In this document: piece by piece, positions 20,920 through 32,989 of the stretch
How the letters are laid out: the number at the start of each line of letters is the position of its first letter
How positions within the stretch are numbered: the first letter of the stretch is position 1
NCBI GenBank assembly: GCA_000388065.2
Contig: KB932212.1
From: Fonticula alba ATCC 38817
Taxonomy: Eukaryota > Protista > Nucleariida
Direction: 5' to 3' (one strand)
Length of the DNA stretch: 33,401 bases
Notes under the pieces: generated by a model
What the model saw: the letters and a program-made list of their open reading frames with translations, nothing else
Told to the model about the DNA's origin: nothing
Database searches by the model: none
Position numbers and translations under genes: made by a program

Positions 20920-23900
20920 TCACTGGAACTGGCCAAGCATGGCCGAGAAGGACACGCCCACCTTGGAGCGCTCGATCATCTCCTTGAGCATGGTGATGGC
21001 CGGCATTGGGAGATCCCCTGGAAAGGAGGAGGAGTTTTTTTTTTTCATCGGCCAGGTCAGTGGTGTGAGATACGGGCAAAAAAAAACCAAGCAACCAAAC
21101 AAACCAGCAGAAGCGCAAGAGCAATGCCGAAAGGGGCCGGCGAAGGGGGCACACATCTCACGACAGAGGGGTCCACGCACAGATGGAGAAGCTCGGGTCC
21201 ACCGGGACCGGCTTGTACAAGGACTCCGGATTGCGGAAGAGGAAGACATACGGCCCGGACATGTTGGACTGCGTAGCGTACGGGACCTCCAGCAGGTGGG
21301 GATAGCGGGCGGCGAACTCCTCGCGTGTGATGATGTCGACGATCTCCACTCGCCCGTAGATGTGGTTGCCGGTGTAGAAGATGAAGTCGTTCGAGTGATG
21401 GGCTGTGTGGTGCGAGGAGGCTGTCAGCATCTCGGCAAGGGGGGAGGAGCGCGTCCTCTTGGCCCGGGACCCATGACAAGTGGGACAAGCACACCAAAGC
21501 GCGAGAGAGGGAGCAAGGAGGAAAGAGAGAGAGAGAGAGAAGGTGAAAGAAGGCCAGACAGAGGTGCATGGGCCACATACGCCGATCGATGGGCTCCGTG
21601 TTGGCCGTATAGTGGTCGATGACGGCGGTGGTGATGGCCTTCAGCCGGTCCTTCGGCTCGGTGTTGCTATTGGAGGCGATCCACACCGGACCACGGTAGG
21701 TCGGGCGCTGGTCACTGTAAGCGAAGGGGACTACCCCGCGTGCGATCAGCGACGCCCACGGCTGCGGCTGGGGTGGGGGGAGCCGCGACAGCGAGAGGGT
21801 GAGTCATGGGCGGAGAGGGGCGAAAGAAAGAGGGGGAGAAAGAGAGAGAGAGAGAGCGGCAGAGCGGCAGAAGCGAGGGTTGGCACAGGCGGCAGGGCAT
21901 CCCGGAGCGGGGGTCCGACCTCCGGCCGCAGGAGGGCAGCACGTACGAAGGCAATGCACTTGCCGAAGTCCTGCGCGGAGAAGGTCTTCGGCAGTCGGCA
22001 GTCCAGGGCGGCTGGCGGGTCGGCCTCGGTGTCGAGCCCTGACCCGGTGTCAGCCTCGGCCTCAGCAAAGGCAGCGTCGGCGGCCCGAGCCAATGCGTTG
22101 TCTTCCTCATCATCCTGGAAGACCGACAGCTTGGAGCGGCCGCTGTCGGGGGGAGTGGCAGTTCAACAGGCAGTTAGCCAGGAGTCAGGGGAGGAGGGAG
22201 GGAGGGGAGAGAAGGGAGCCGCATGTCGACGCACACGATGGGCTTCTGCCTGGCGGGTTTATCCATGAGGTCCGGGAACTCGGCGCTGTTTTTGCTTTGC
22301 ATGGACTTGATGAGGTCGTCGCGTGCACGCTGGAGATTCTGCGCGGCGATCTCATCCAGCCGGGCAATGTCCTCGCGGTTGGACATCAGAATGCTGGCAT
22401 ACTCCTCCTCGTATTGCTGCTTGGCCTTCTCCACTGCGAGGTGTGCCCGGGTGGGGTCCAGTGCGAGAGGGAAGGCAGACAGGCCGAGGAGGACGGTCGG
22501 TTGGCCGGGTGAGTACATGTGACCCGAGCTCAAGGAGGGGGTAGTGGGATGGCCAAGCCGGGCCCACGCCCCGGGCGGGGAGGCGCAGGCCGACACCCGG
22601 CAGCCGGCCAAACGGCCGGAAACGCACCCTCCGCATCGTGGCCATCCGTGATGTTGACACTCATGGTCTCCAGATCCAGGTCCAGGAGCATGGTCCGGGC
22701 ATTGCCCTCATTCTTGCCAATGTGCCCGGAGCTGTACGACGCGAAAGAGGACCGGTTCTTTTCCAGCACGGCCAGCAGGCGGTCTTGTGCTTCGCGCAGG
22801 CGCTCCTTCTGTGTGTCCGACAGGTAGGACATGGTGGCGGCACTGTCGGCCGCGAAGTAATCCGTGTCGAGATCTGCGCTCGGTCGAGAGCCGGGAGGAC
22901 GGGGAAGGATGAGGATGAGGATGAGGAGAATGAGGAGGATGAGGAGGAGAAGAAGAAGAAGGAGGAGGAGGGTGAGGATGAGGGTGAGGAGGAGGGGGAG
23001 GAGGAGAAGGAGGAGGAGGAGGAGAAGAAGAAGGAGGAGGAGGTGTGGCGCGCGTACCGCGGATGACCGAGCGCTTGGCATTCTTCTTGCCGCGCTCCAC
23101 CTGCGCATCACGCACCAGGATCGCGCCCTCCAGAGCACGCTGGACTTCGTCATGCGAGTCGGAGGAGGGCTTCGTGGCGGCGGCGGCGGCATTGGCAGCG
23201 GCGGCAGCCTTGCCGCCCTTGTCGCGGCGGCCCTTGCCCGGGGCCTTGGTGCTCCGCAGGAGTTCTGAAGGGGGGAAGGAGCCAGCCAGGGAACGAGGAA
23301 GCCCAAGAAGGTGAGTCAGTTGATGGGGACCAGGCGGCAGAAGGACCGGGTGCCCCCCCCCGCGCGAGAAAACCCTCGGGCACGCACTCCGTTGGGTGGA
23401 CAGCATGGCCAAGCGACCGATGAGAGACTGGTTGTCCGAGAGCGGCTCCTCGCAGGCCGGACACTTGGCATCGCCGGCATCATCAGCCGCCGGGGCCTCG
23501 CGCACACAAAGAATTCGCCCGCAGGAGAGGCAATTGCAAAGGACCGGGTGCTCGGTGGCTGATGGCACCAGGGGACCGGCGGGATGCGCGTGAGTGGGCG
23601 GTCGACAAAGGAGGGGGAGGCACATGGCGCCGGCGTGGGAATCGGTGCAAGGAATGGCCAGAGGCCAGGCGGCCGGCGCGGCGGGCAGGGGCGAGAGCCC
23701 GCGGCGCCGACCCCGCGTCGGAGGCACACTACGCACCCATGCATCCGCAAATGCCATTGACGACCGGCGTCTCGACATCGGCCGAGGCCGCCAGGAAATC
23801 CATCAGCTCAATGCGCTGGGCACGGCGCTGGAGGTTGGCCCGCCGGCGCTGGACCTCCTTCATGGTCTGCTGGGCCTCCAGGTGGGCCGCGGCCTCGCGC

Positions 23901-24222
23901 TGGGCCGGGGTCAGCACAGGGGCCGGCTCGGGGGTGGCCGGCTGCTCGGGCTCCGCCGGGGCCGGCTGCTCGACCTTCGGATGCATCAGCGACGTGGACA
24001 TGGGGAACAGCAGCCCCGCCGAGGAGGACGAGCCCGGGGCCGAGGCCGGGGCCGAAGCCAGGGCCGGGGACGCGGGCTGCGAGCTGGCCGGCTCCTGGGC
24101 GGCGGCCTTCTTGGTCCGGCGGCTGCGTTGACTCGAAGCGGGAATGATGACAGACACCCTGTCATACCAGGGCCCGGGGAGGGAAGGGGCGCAACAACGT
24201 CAGAGGAGCCGGGTGGATGGGG

Positions 24223-24294
<72 letters not shown>

Positions 24295-24949
24295 CGGGCG
24301 GAGAGACGAAGCCCCCCTCCAAGCGGCCACGTACTTGGAGTTAATCATCTGCGGAACCACCGGGGTGTAGGCCTGTTGGTCCACAGCGGGGCCGGCCGAC
24401 GGAGGGGGGAAGGCCTGGGAGGTGCTGGCTCGCGGAGCGGCGGGGGCCCTGGCCCGGGCGGCCGGGGCGGCCTGTGCCGCGGGCATGGCCGGAGGGACAA
24501 ACGCAGCATTCGGGCGAGTCTGCCAGACGACGTGTGCACATGCGTGTCAGCATCCAAGCAGGTGCGCGGGGCCCGGCAAGCGGGCAGCCGGCCAGGAGCA
24601 GGGGGGAGGGGGAGAGAGGGGTGCGCACCGGTGGGGGGGCGGTCAGCTCGCCAAGACGGCGCTTCAGCTCCGAGGCGAAGCTGCGCACTTCCCTCGAGTC
24701 GCCGAGGATGTCCTGCCGGTGGGGAGAAGCATGCGAGGGGCGGAGGAGCGGATGTCAGCAGGGCTGGCCCGGGTGGGCGGCGTGCTTCCGGGCAGCGGGC
24801 ACACGCACGGTGAAGGAGAAGCTCGGATCGCAGATGATGTCCCGGACTGAAGCCTCATCGAAAACCCCGGGCAGGAACTCGCAAAGGGTGCTATGTGCCC
24901 AGACCACGAAATCCTTCGGCAGGGTGTCCGGCTTCAGTGCTCCGGACAT
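20920..24949 (-). CDS. TRIP4: Activating signal cointegrator 1 (ASC-1/TRIP4/Rqt4): C2HC5 zinc finger + ASCH domain
   Basis: 12 exons: 24949-24809, 24712-24629, 24519-24335, 24122(or 24158)-23737, 23558-23388, 23264-23058, 22873-22628, 22433-22235, 22142-21947, 21767-21581, 21402(or 21420)-21181, 21017-20920; about 773 aa. Zinc finger CGCMATEHPVLCNCLSCGRILC...CPAC; VIRDLDTDYF; ASCH CIAFPQPWASLI...YRGPVWIAS...IYGRVEIVD...PYVFLFRNP...SIWDL. Confidence 0.9.
22906..23042. repeat. Compound trinucleotide repeat (GAG/GAA/GAT)n in TRIP4 intron 6
   Basis: Read directly; lies within the intron 22874-23057. Confidence 0.9.
24225..24292. repeat. (GT)34 microsatellite in TRIP4 intron 3
   Basis: Read directly from the sequence. 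Confidence 0.95.
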
Positions 24950-25017
24950 GGTTCGCGTGTGGGGAGGGGGAGGCCGGGACCTGGAGGACAACTTGAGGGC
25001 AGCTCGGGGCCACGGGG

Positions 25018-25055
<38 letters not shown>

Positions 25056-25421
25056 ATGTGCTCGCAGGTGGCGGGGAGGGAGGGGGGGGCGAGAAAGCAG
25101 GGGGGGCGGGGGGGTGGAGGGGACGGGGAAGGTGGGCTTGTCTTCCGGGTGCGCCCACCCGGCCGGGGCCGGTGCCACGGCGCGGCATCAACCTGACCGC
25201 ACTCGCCGGGCAGGAGGGAGGCCGAGAGGGGAGGGGGGGGGGAGATCTGCCGCCGGCATGTGGCCCGGGCGCCAGGGGGTAATTGCGCCACACGCCCCGG
25301 GAGGGGCCGGGCGACGGAGATCGACGCGTCGCGGGCGCCCGCACACTCCCGGCGCCATTACGTCACATAGATCGGTCCCCCGGCCTCGTTTGCCCCGGGC
25401 GAGGCCGGGTCCCGAGGATGG

Positions 25422-25979
25422 NNNNNNNNNNNNNNNNNNNNNNNNNNNNNNNNNNNNNNNNNNNNNNNNNNNNNNNNNNNNNNNNNNNNNNNNNNNNNNN
25501 NNNNNNNNNNNNNNNNNNNNNNNNNNNNNNNNNNNNNNNNNNNNNNNNNNNNNNNNNNNNNNNNNNNNNNNNNNNNNNNNNNNNNNNNNNNNNNNNNNNN
25601 NNNNNNNNNNNNNNNNNNNNNNNNNNNNNNNNNNNNNNNNNNNNNNNNNNNNNNNNNNNNNNNNNNNNNNNNNNNNNNNNNNNNNNNNNNNNNNNNNNNN
25701 NNNNNNNNNNNNNNNNNNNNNNNNNNNNNNNNNNNNNNNNNNNNNNNNNNNNNNNNNNNNNNNNNNNNNNNNNNNNNNNNNNNNNNNNNNNNNNNNNNNN
25801 NNNNNNNNNNNNNNNNNNNNNNNNNNNNNNNNNNNNNNNNNNNNNNNNNNNNNNNNNNNNNNNNNNNNNNNNNNNNNNNNNNNNNNNNNNNNNNNNNNNN
25901 NNNNNNNNNNNNNNNNNNNNNNNNNNNNNNNNNNNNNNNNNNNNNNNNNNNNNNNNNNNNNNNNNNNNNNNNNNNNNNN
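25422..25979. other. Assembly gap (558 N)
   Basis: Run of N in the TRIP4/U2SURP divergent intergenic region. Confidence 1.
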
Positions 25980-26354
25980 CCCCGCCCCGGCGGGCCCTGC
26001 CTGGCGAGGGCGCGCCGGCGGCCGCGGCCGTCCGGCCGGGCATGCCCGTTGGCAGTCCAATTTCGATGGCATCTGCTAGTCGGCGGCATTCGAGTGGGGG
26101 GATCGCGCCCAGCGTGCCCCGGGATGCCCCCGGGGCCGCGGCAGATCCCTCCTCGCTTCGCCGGCCCGCCGCCCCCCTGTCCCAAGCATCCGCCCCTGCT
26201 CACCCCTCTCTGTTGATCTACGCATCTGGCTAGCTGTTGCCCCGCCCTTCTCCCCCTCCCCATCTCCCTTCTCTCTCTCTCTCTCTCGGCCCTGATTCTC
26301 CCTTTGGCCGCTGCCCCCGACACCGGATAAAAGGGCGCTGTACCCGCGGGCCCG

Positions 26355-29300
26355 ATGCAGCCATCCAAGCAGCGCGTCGGTCTGCGCCGAAACCCGTATC
26401 GCGAGCACCGCGAAGAACAGGAGCGCAAAAAGAGGGTACGACTGGCGCCGCAGCATGTCCCTCGCCGGTGGTGGGGGCTCGCATGCACACACGCACACAC
26501 GCACACACGCGCATACACACACACGCACACACGCACACACGCACACACACACACACACACACACATGCACACACACACACATGCACACACACATGTGCGC
26601 TTGCCTGGAGAAGAGCCAACAGGACGGACTGACGCCCCCGCCAACAACCGACCCAGCGCCAAGATGAAGAGGCCGCTCGGGTCCTGGCCGACTACGAGGA
26701 GCAGGGCACTCAGCCCCGCCGCGACGCCGACCAAGGCAGCACCTGGGTCCGCGGCGGGGTGATCCAGCACCGCCCAGACGGGCGACCGGCCGCCACCGCG
26801 GCCGAGCCGTCCGCCGAGGCCCTGTACCGCATGGAGGGCGAGCCGGCACACATGGATCGGCTGTCCTTCATGTCGGGCGCCGGCCCCGGGCCGGGGCCAC
26901 AGCCGGCGCCGGCCGTGCCCTCGGCCAGGCCGCCGGCGCGCGAGCCGGCCACACGCCGGCCGCGCCGCGCCACCTCCGCCCTCTTCTCGGACGATTCCGA
27001 CGAGTCGGACGACTCCGGCGACGACGACGCCCTGCCCGAGCGGAGGCGGGCCCCGGCGGCGCCGGCATCCGGCGGCGGGGCACGGCACCGTGCGCCCTCG
27101 GCGCCCGTCGGCTCGACCGTCTCCTCGGCCGCCTCCTCGGTCAGCAGTGCCTCCGTCTTCAGCGGCGGCGGCGGCAGCAGCAGCAGCAGCACCNNNNNNN
27201 NNNNNNNNNNNNNNNNNNNNNNNNNNNNNNNNNNNNNNNNNNNNNNNNNNNNNNNNNNNNNNNNNNNNNNNNNNNNNNNNNNNNNNNNNNNNNNNNNNNN
27301 NNNNNNNNNNNNNNNNNNNNNNNNNNNNNNNNNNNNNNNNNNNNNNNNNNNNNNNNNNNNNNNNNNNNNNNNNNNNNNNNNNNNNNNNNNNNNNNNNNCC
27401 CCCCCGCCCCTTCGCCCTCCGACCCTCTCACCGGCCCCGCCCCTGCGGCATCCTCGCAAACCCTTCCCGCGTGCATTTGCGCAGTTTGAGCGCTCGCAGC
27501 CACATCGCACGGCCTTCATCTGCTTCATGGACACCGGGTCGGCCGACAAGGCCCAGTCTCACATGAACGGTGCGGGCTCTCCCCTCACCCTCGCCCCCTC
27601 CTCCCGTATGCCGGGCCTTTGTCCAGGTGTCTGATCCCCCCCCCCCCCTCCCCCCCGCCCTTTCCCACCCCTGCCCGCTCGCCATCCCACAGGCGCCCTA
27701 TTCAATGGGCACACCTTGCGTGTGAACCTCTCCAAGCCGGTGGCCGTGACAGGCGACCCGATCTACGGTGCGCCATGCTTGCCGCCCCTCCGGACGGCCT
27801 CCTCCCCGCCCTGCTGGCCCTTCTTCTCTCACGTGCCCTGACAATGCACCCGCCAGACCCCAACCTGCCCCAGCTCTTCGGGGCACGCCTCCTGCGGGCC
27901 GACCGCAGCGAGGAGGCCCGGGCCCTGGCCCGGCAGGGGGCTCGGAATGCCTGCAACGCGTCGGCACACGAGGCCGGCGGCCCGGTCGGCCGTTGCGGGG
28001 TGGCCCCCTCGCCGGAGGTCCTTTGGGAGGTGCCGGTCCGGATTCCCGAATGCCCGGACACCCGGCAGCGCATCCACCGGACCGTGTCGGCGGTTTTGGA
28101 GCGCGGCTACCCCTTCGAGGCGTTCATGGCCCACTTTTTCGCGCGGAACCCGGACTACGCCTTCCTGCAGGACTTCCACTCGCCGGAGCATGCGTACTAC
28201 CGCTGGCGGCTGTTCCACCTGTCGCGGGCCGATTCCCTGGAGGAGCTGGACTCCTGGCCGGAGTTCCCCTTCCTCCTGAACCGCAGCGGCCCGGTGTGGA
28301 TCCCCCCCTCGCGGGCGGACCTCTTGGCGCTGGTCCGCGAGGAGGCGGCCCGGGCCCGGGCCCGGCAGGCGGCCGCCAGCAGCCCGGCCATCGCGGCCAC
28401 TGGAGACCCTGTGTCGGGGCTGCTGGCCCCGGGGGCGGCGGCTGCCACGGCGGCCTCCCCGACCGGTGCCCCGTCGTCGGCCGCTGTGTCAGCCTCGGCC
28501 GAGGCGGTGACCCCGGGCGCCGCCGATGATGCGCCGCCCCGGCCGGCGGGGTGGTCATCATCGGCGGCCACGGCCACGGCCACGGCCGCGACCACGACGG
28601 TGGTGGCGCTGGCCAGCCCGGACGCCGGGCCCGGTGCCCTGGCCAGGCCGGCGGCCGGGGGCCCTGTCGGCCCGCCGGGCCCCCGGCCGGCCGATGACCG
28701 GGAGCTGGCCGACGCCGGGGCCCAGCTGGCACGCGAGCTGCCCGAGGACCTGGTCAGCGAGCTGCATGCGCTCATTTGCCGGGCCGACTCCAGCACAGCC
28801 TTCGTGGCCATGTCCACGGCATGGGTGCTGTCGCTGCTGACCCACGGCCAGCGCATGCTGCGCTGGAGCAAGGAGCACTCCATCGACCGGGTGCCGGACG
28901 CCCTGGCCCGGCTGCTGGTGGCACACATCACGGCCGGCTTCCACGGCCTGCCGGGGGTTGATGTGGCCCGGGCCGCGGCGGCCGGGGTCCCCGTCACGGC
29001 GGCCATCACCGAGGACGGCCTGCCGGTGCTGCTCAGCCGCCCGGCCGCCGGGGAGGACAGCATCGCCGAAACCCCGACCGACACCCGGCTGGCCCTGCTG
29101 CACGTCATGTCCGACATGGCGTCCATCGTGGTGGCCACCGGCGAGGCGGCGCCGCTGCTCTTCTGGCGCCTGCACACGGCCCTCGAGGCGCGGGCTGTCC
29201 GGGCGGTGGCCGCCTTCGCCCGGGTCCGGCGGATCTACGCGGCCACCGGGTCCCTGCGACGCGCGGCCGCCTGGGACTCCGCCGTCCGGGCCGTGGTCGA

Positions 29301-29391
29301 CCACTGGCGGGCCAATGGGGTTTTCCACTTGCGCGTGATCGACGAGTGCGACCGGAGCCTCGGGCCGCCGGTGGTTCCTGGGACCACGTAG
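26355..29391 (+). CDS. U2SURP: U2 snRNP-associated SURP-motif protein (SR140/RRC1 family): RRM + SURP + CID
   Basis: Exons 26355-26435, 26657-(into gap 27194-27398), 27485-27569, 27693-27767, 27857-29391. RRNPYREHREEQERKKRRQDEEAARV...TWVRGGVI; RRM end TAFICFMDTGSADKAQSHMNG...LRVNLSKPV; SURP IHRTVSAVLERGYPFEAFM...NPDYAFL...EHAYYRWRLF; divergent CID (RLALLHVMSD...VVDHW). The N-terminal half of the RRM is presumably hidden in the gap. Confidence 0.85.
26484..26592. repeat. Interrupted (CA)n microsatellite in U2SURP intron 1
   Basis: Read directly from the sequence. Confidence 0.9.
27194..27398. other. Assembly gap (205 N) hiding part of U2SURP
   Basis: Run of N ending at a C-run. Confidence 1.
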
Positions 29392-29694
29392 CCGCCGGGG
29401 CGCCGGCCCCTCGTCCCCCCCCCCCCCCCTCCCCCCATGTGTACTTGTTCAATACGAGGTTTCCCTCCGCTTGCCGTTTTCCTCCCTCCCCCCTCCCCTC
29501 TCTCTCTCTCTCTCCGCTGGGCCTCGCGGGTCCCTTCTCCTCCGCATGCCAAGGGTGCATTCTGGTGTGATGTATTCCGACGGGGAGGGGCGCACGTTGG
29601 ATGGTCCAAGAGGAGGGGCAGGCAGGGAACGGGAAAAAGAAGAGACAACAAAGGGACAGCAAAGGGACAGGAAAACGACAACACAGGGGTACAT

Positions 29695-31273
29695 TCACAT
29701 GCCAGAGCGATGATGCCCGGCCGGCTGGTGGGAGGGCGCCGGTGGGCCGAAGCCAGGCCCAGCACCGGCACCGCCCGGTCCGGCGCCTGCACCGTGCGCC
29801 TGGAACCGGAAGGCAGGCTGGTAGCCGCCGCCACCCGGACCGGCGTTGCCGCCCGGGCCGCCGTACGGGCGGTGTGAGCCGCCGCCGCCGCCGCCTGGGC
29901 CATAGCGTTGGCCCTGGTGCCCGCCAGGGCCGCCGGCCCCGGGGCCGGCATGCCCGCCGGGGCCGCCGCCACCACCAGCGTACATGGCCGCCGCCGCGGC
30001 ATTGGCCTGGGCCGTCTGCGAGCGAATGGCTGCCAGAGCGGCGGCCTCCTCGGCATTGGCGCCGCTGCGGTACACCGGCCGGGCGGACATGGGCCGCGTG
30101 TCGCCCGGGATCGAGAGCGACCAAAACTTGCACAGGAAATCATTGGATCCGGAGCTGGCGCGCCAAGAGGGGGTCAGAGGGAGGGAGGCACAGCAGCCCG
30201 GGCCAGGCCCGGGGCAACAGGCCCCAGGCCAAAGGAAAGAGCAGGCGCATGGGCCAGCGGCGGAGGAAGCGGAGGAGGCGGAAGAGGAGGAGGAGGCAGA
30301 GCACGCACGCAAGCATATGCCCCAGCGGGTGCCACGAGAGGGTGGAAATATCGCGATCATGAGCCCGAACAATCTGCACGTGCGGCTCCTCGAGGCTGCG
30401 AAGAAGGTGCATGGGCAAGTGCGCCCCGCGTGTCAGGGCCCCAGAAATGGCGGAAGGGCAAGAGCAGGGGGTTTCGCGTGGCAGGCCCCCGGGGCCGGGC
30501 GCCGGCAGGCGCACGGGCACGCACCCAATCAGTGAGAAGGCCAGGGTGCCGTTCATGCAACCGGTGGCCAGGATGTCCTCGCGCAGGGGATGCCACGCGA
30601 GGCCTGGGTACGGAGGGGGCCAGGGAGAGCCGGTGCGGGACGAGCCGGGCCGGGCCGGGCCGGGTCGCGAGGTGGCAGCCAGGGAGCGAGAGACACGCAG
30701 GGTTAGCCGCAGCACGGCATGGGGATCCCGGGCATAGGGGCGGCGAGCAGAGGACAGGCCCAACGCACTGGACACGCGGTCAGCCAGCGAGAAGGTTTGC
30801 AGGACATCCATGGCGCGGATGTCGTAGATGATGGCGGTCGAGTCGCGACTGGTGGAGGCCAGCCAATTCCCATTGATCGGGTTCCATCCGATGGATGTGA
30901 CTCCATCCTTGTGAATGTGACTGGGCGGTGGGCGGTAAGTGTCAGCGAGTCCGGGCGGCGGGGGCAGCGGCGGGGGCAGCGGCGGGAGCGGCGGCGGCGG
31001 CGGCGAGACAGGCCACGCACAGAGAGGAGATGGCGCTGCGACCGTCGCGCGGGTCCCAGAGCTTGATCTGGTTGTCCTGCGAGCCGGAGGCAATTAGCGC
31101 GCGATGTGGATGCCAATCGACGCCAAGCACATTGTCCACATGCCCGGAGAGCGTGAGCTCCGGCTGCCCGAGGGCATAGTCCCACACGACGATGTGCTTG
31201 TCTTCGCCGGATGTGACGAACTTGGAGCCCCGGGGGGCGAAGCTGTGGTGCGGGCGCGCGTGTGTGTGCGGGC

Positions 31274-31304
<31 letters not shown>

Positions 31305-32660
31305 GGGGGGGGGGGAGGGCGGGAGGATGAGCACGGGCAGGGCGAGCAGCGCCGGGGCAGGAAACACGGCGAGGCAAGATCGGCCGAGCGGGGCAAACGG
31401 CGGCACGCACGAGACATCGCACACCAGCATGTCATTGTGCGCAGGGGCAATTTCGCGCACGCAGTTCAAGTTGGTCTCATAGTACTTGATGAAGCCCTTC
31501 ATGCCGACGATCATGGTGTCCTCGACAGGATGCCAGCGCAGGCGTTTGATCGGCGAGCTGAAGGCGGGCTACGGCCAGAAGGGCGGGGCGGGACGGGGGG
31601 GGACGGGGGGGGAGGGGCACGTCAGAGCGAGGTGTGGCCAGGGCCAGCTGGCGGGCGGCAAACCAGGGCGCGCGGGGAGATGAAGCGGCCACCGCGCAGG
31701 GACGCACCGCCTGGACAATGTTCTCGAAGTTGAAGGTGAGCGAGCTCCAGAGAGTCAACTGCCCATGGCTATTGCCGGTGACCATGCGCCGGCCGTCCGG
31801 GAGGAACTACATGCATCCATGCATGTGTGCACGATCGGTCATGGGTGTGTGAGGGCGTGTGCGGGCGTGTGCGGGCGTGTGCGGGCGCCCGGTGCGAGGC
31901 AGGGGGCCCACGCCCGGGGCAGGTGTGCGAGGCCGGCGCGCACCGAGAGCGAGGTGACATGGTACTTGTCGTGGTTTTTGGCGTCGTAAATGTACCGCGA
32001 GAGCAGGAGGTCCGCCGAGTGTTGGGGCTTGGCGATGGGGGGCATGGTCTGCGCCGGGCAGGAGAACGGGACGCCCAGGCACGGGGCAGGGGCAAAGCGG
32101 TGAGTTGACCGACCGGACGATGATGTCCGGCAGGGCCGGAGCACAAATGCAGGGGGGGGGGCATACGTGGATCTCAAAGCGGTAGTCCGGGTGCGCGGCC
32201 GGGCGCTGGCCGGGCTTCTTCCACACCATTCGGTCCTGTGGCCGATGCACGCGGGGCCATGTGTCGAGGTTAGTCCCAGGGAGCCGGAGCGAAGCGGGCC
32301 CGGACGGCCGCAGGGGGCCGAGGGCGCCTCCGCCGGGCGCGAGCCACCCCCGAGCACACGCACCTCCAGATACCGGATCATGGAGTTGTTGTAGTCCAGG
32401 GTCCGGCGTTGGAAGTTCTCGGACCGGCCGCCGGCGGCCGCCGGGCGAGCCACCGGCGGCGGCGGCTCGTAGCCCAGCTGGATGTCCTTGCTGAAGTGTG
32501 TCCCCTGCAGCTTCGGGGCGCTGTCCTGCGAGGGAAAGCGCGGGCCGTGCGACATCCCGGGCCCGGGGCGCAAGTGGAACGAGGATCGCGGGTGCGCCGG
32601 GCCGCCGGGCGGGCCGCCGCCGCCGCCGCCGCCGCCTTGGGACCGCGGGTATCCGCTCAT
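29695..32660 (-). CDS. WDR33: Pre-mRNA 3'-end processing WD40 protein WDR33/Pfs2/FY
   Basis: 10 exons: 32660-32364, 32235-32167, 32048-31944, 31806-31708, 31568-31411, 31242-31021, 30920-30769, 30603-30525, 30395-30309, 30154-29695 (575 aa). [83 protein letters not shown]; Gly-rich tail. Confidence 0.95.
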
Positions 32661-32741
32661 CGGGAAAGAGGGGGCAGGAGACGGGAGGAGGGGGAGGGGG
32701 AGCGAGCAGGGGGAGGGGAGCGCGAGGGGAGGAGCGGCGGG

Positions 32742-32788
<47 letters not shown>

Positions 32789-32958
32789 ATGCGGCATGCG
32801 CCTGACGCCCGGGCCCTGGGCCCGCACGCGTCGCCGGCCCATATCGGTCGCGCGCCCTTGCCGCGGCGGCCGGCCGGCCGGCCGGCCCACACCTGCCAAC
32901 GGAGGCCCTGGCGATCGCGGCACCGGCGGGGTCGCAGGCCGGGCAGCAGCCCCCGGGA

Positions 32959-32989
<31 letters not shown>

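Noticed and set aside
25358-25365. CRE/ATF-like TTACGTCA in the TRIP4/U2SURP intergenic region
   Set aside because: A single 8-mer with no second occurrence or conservation evidence.
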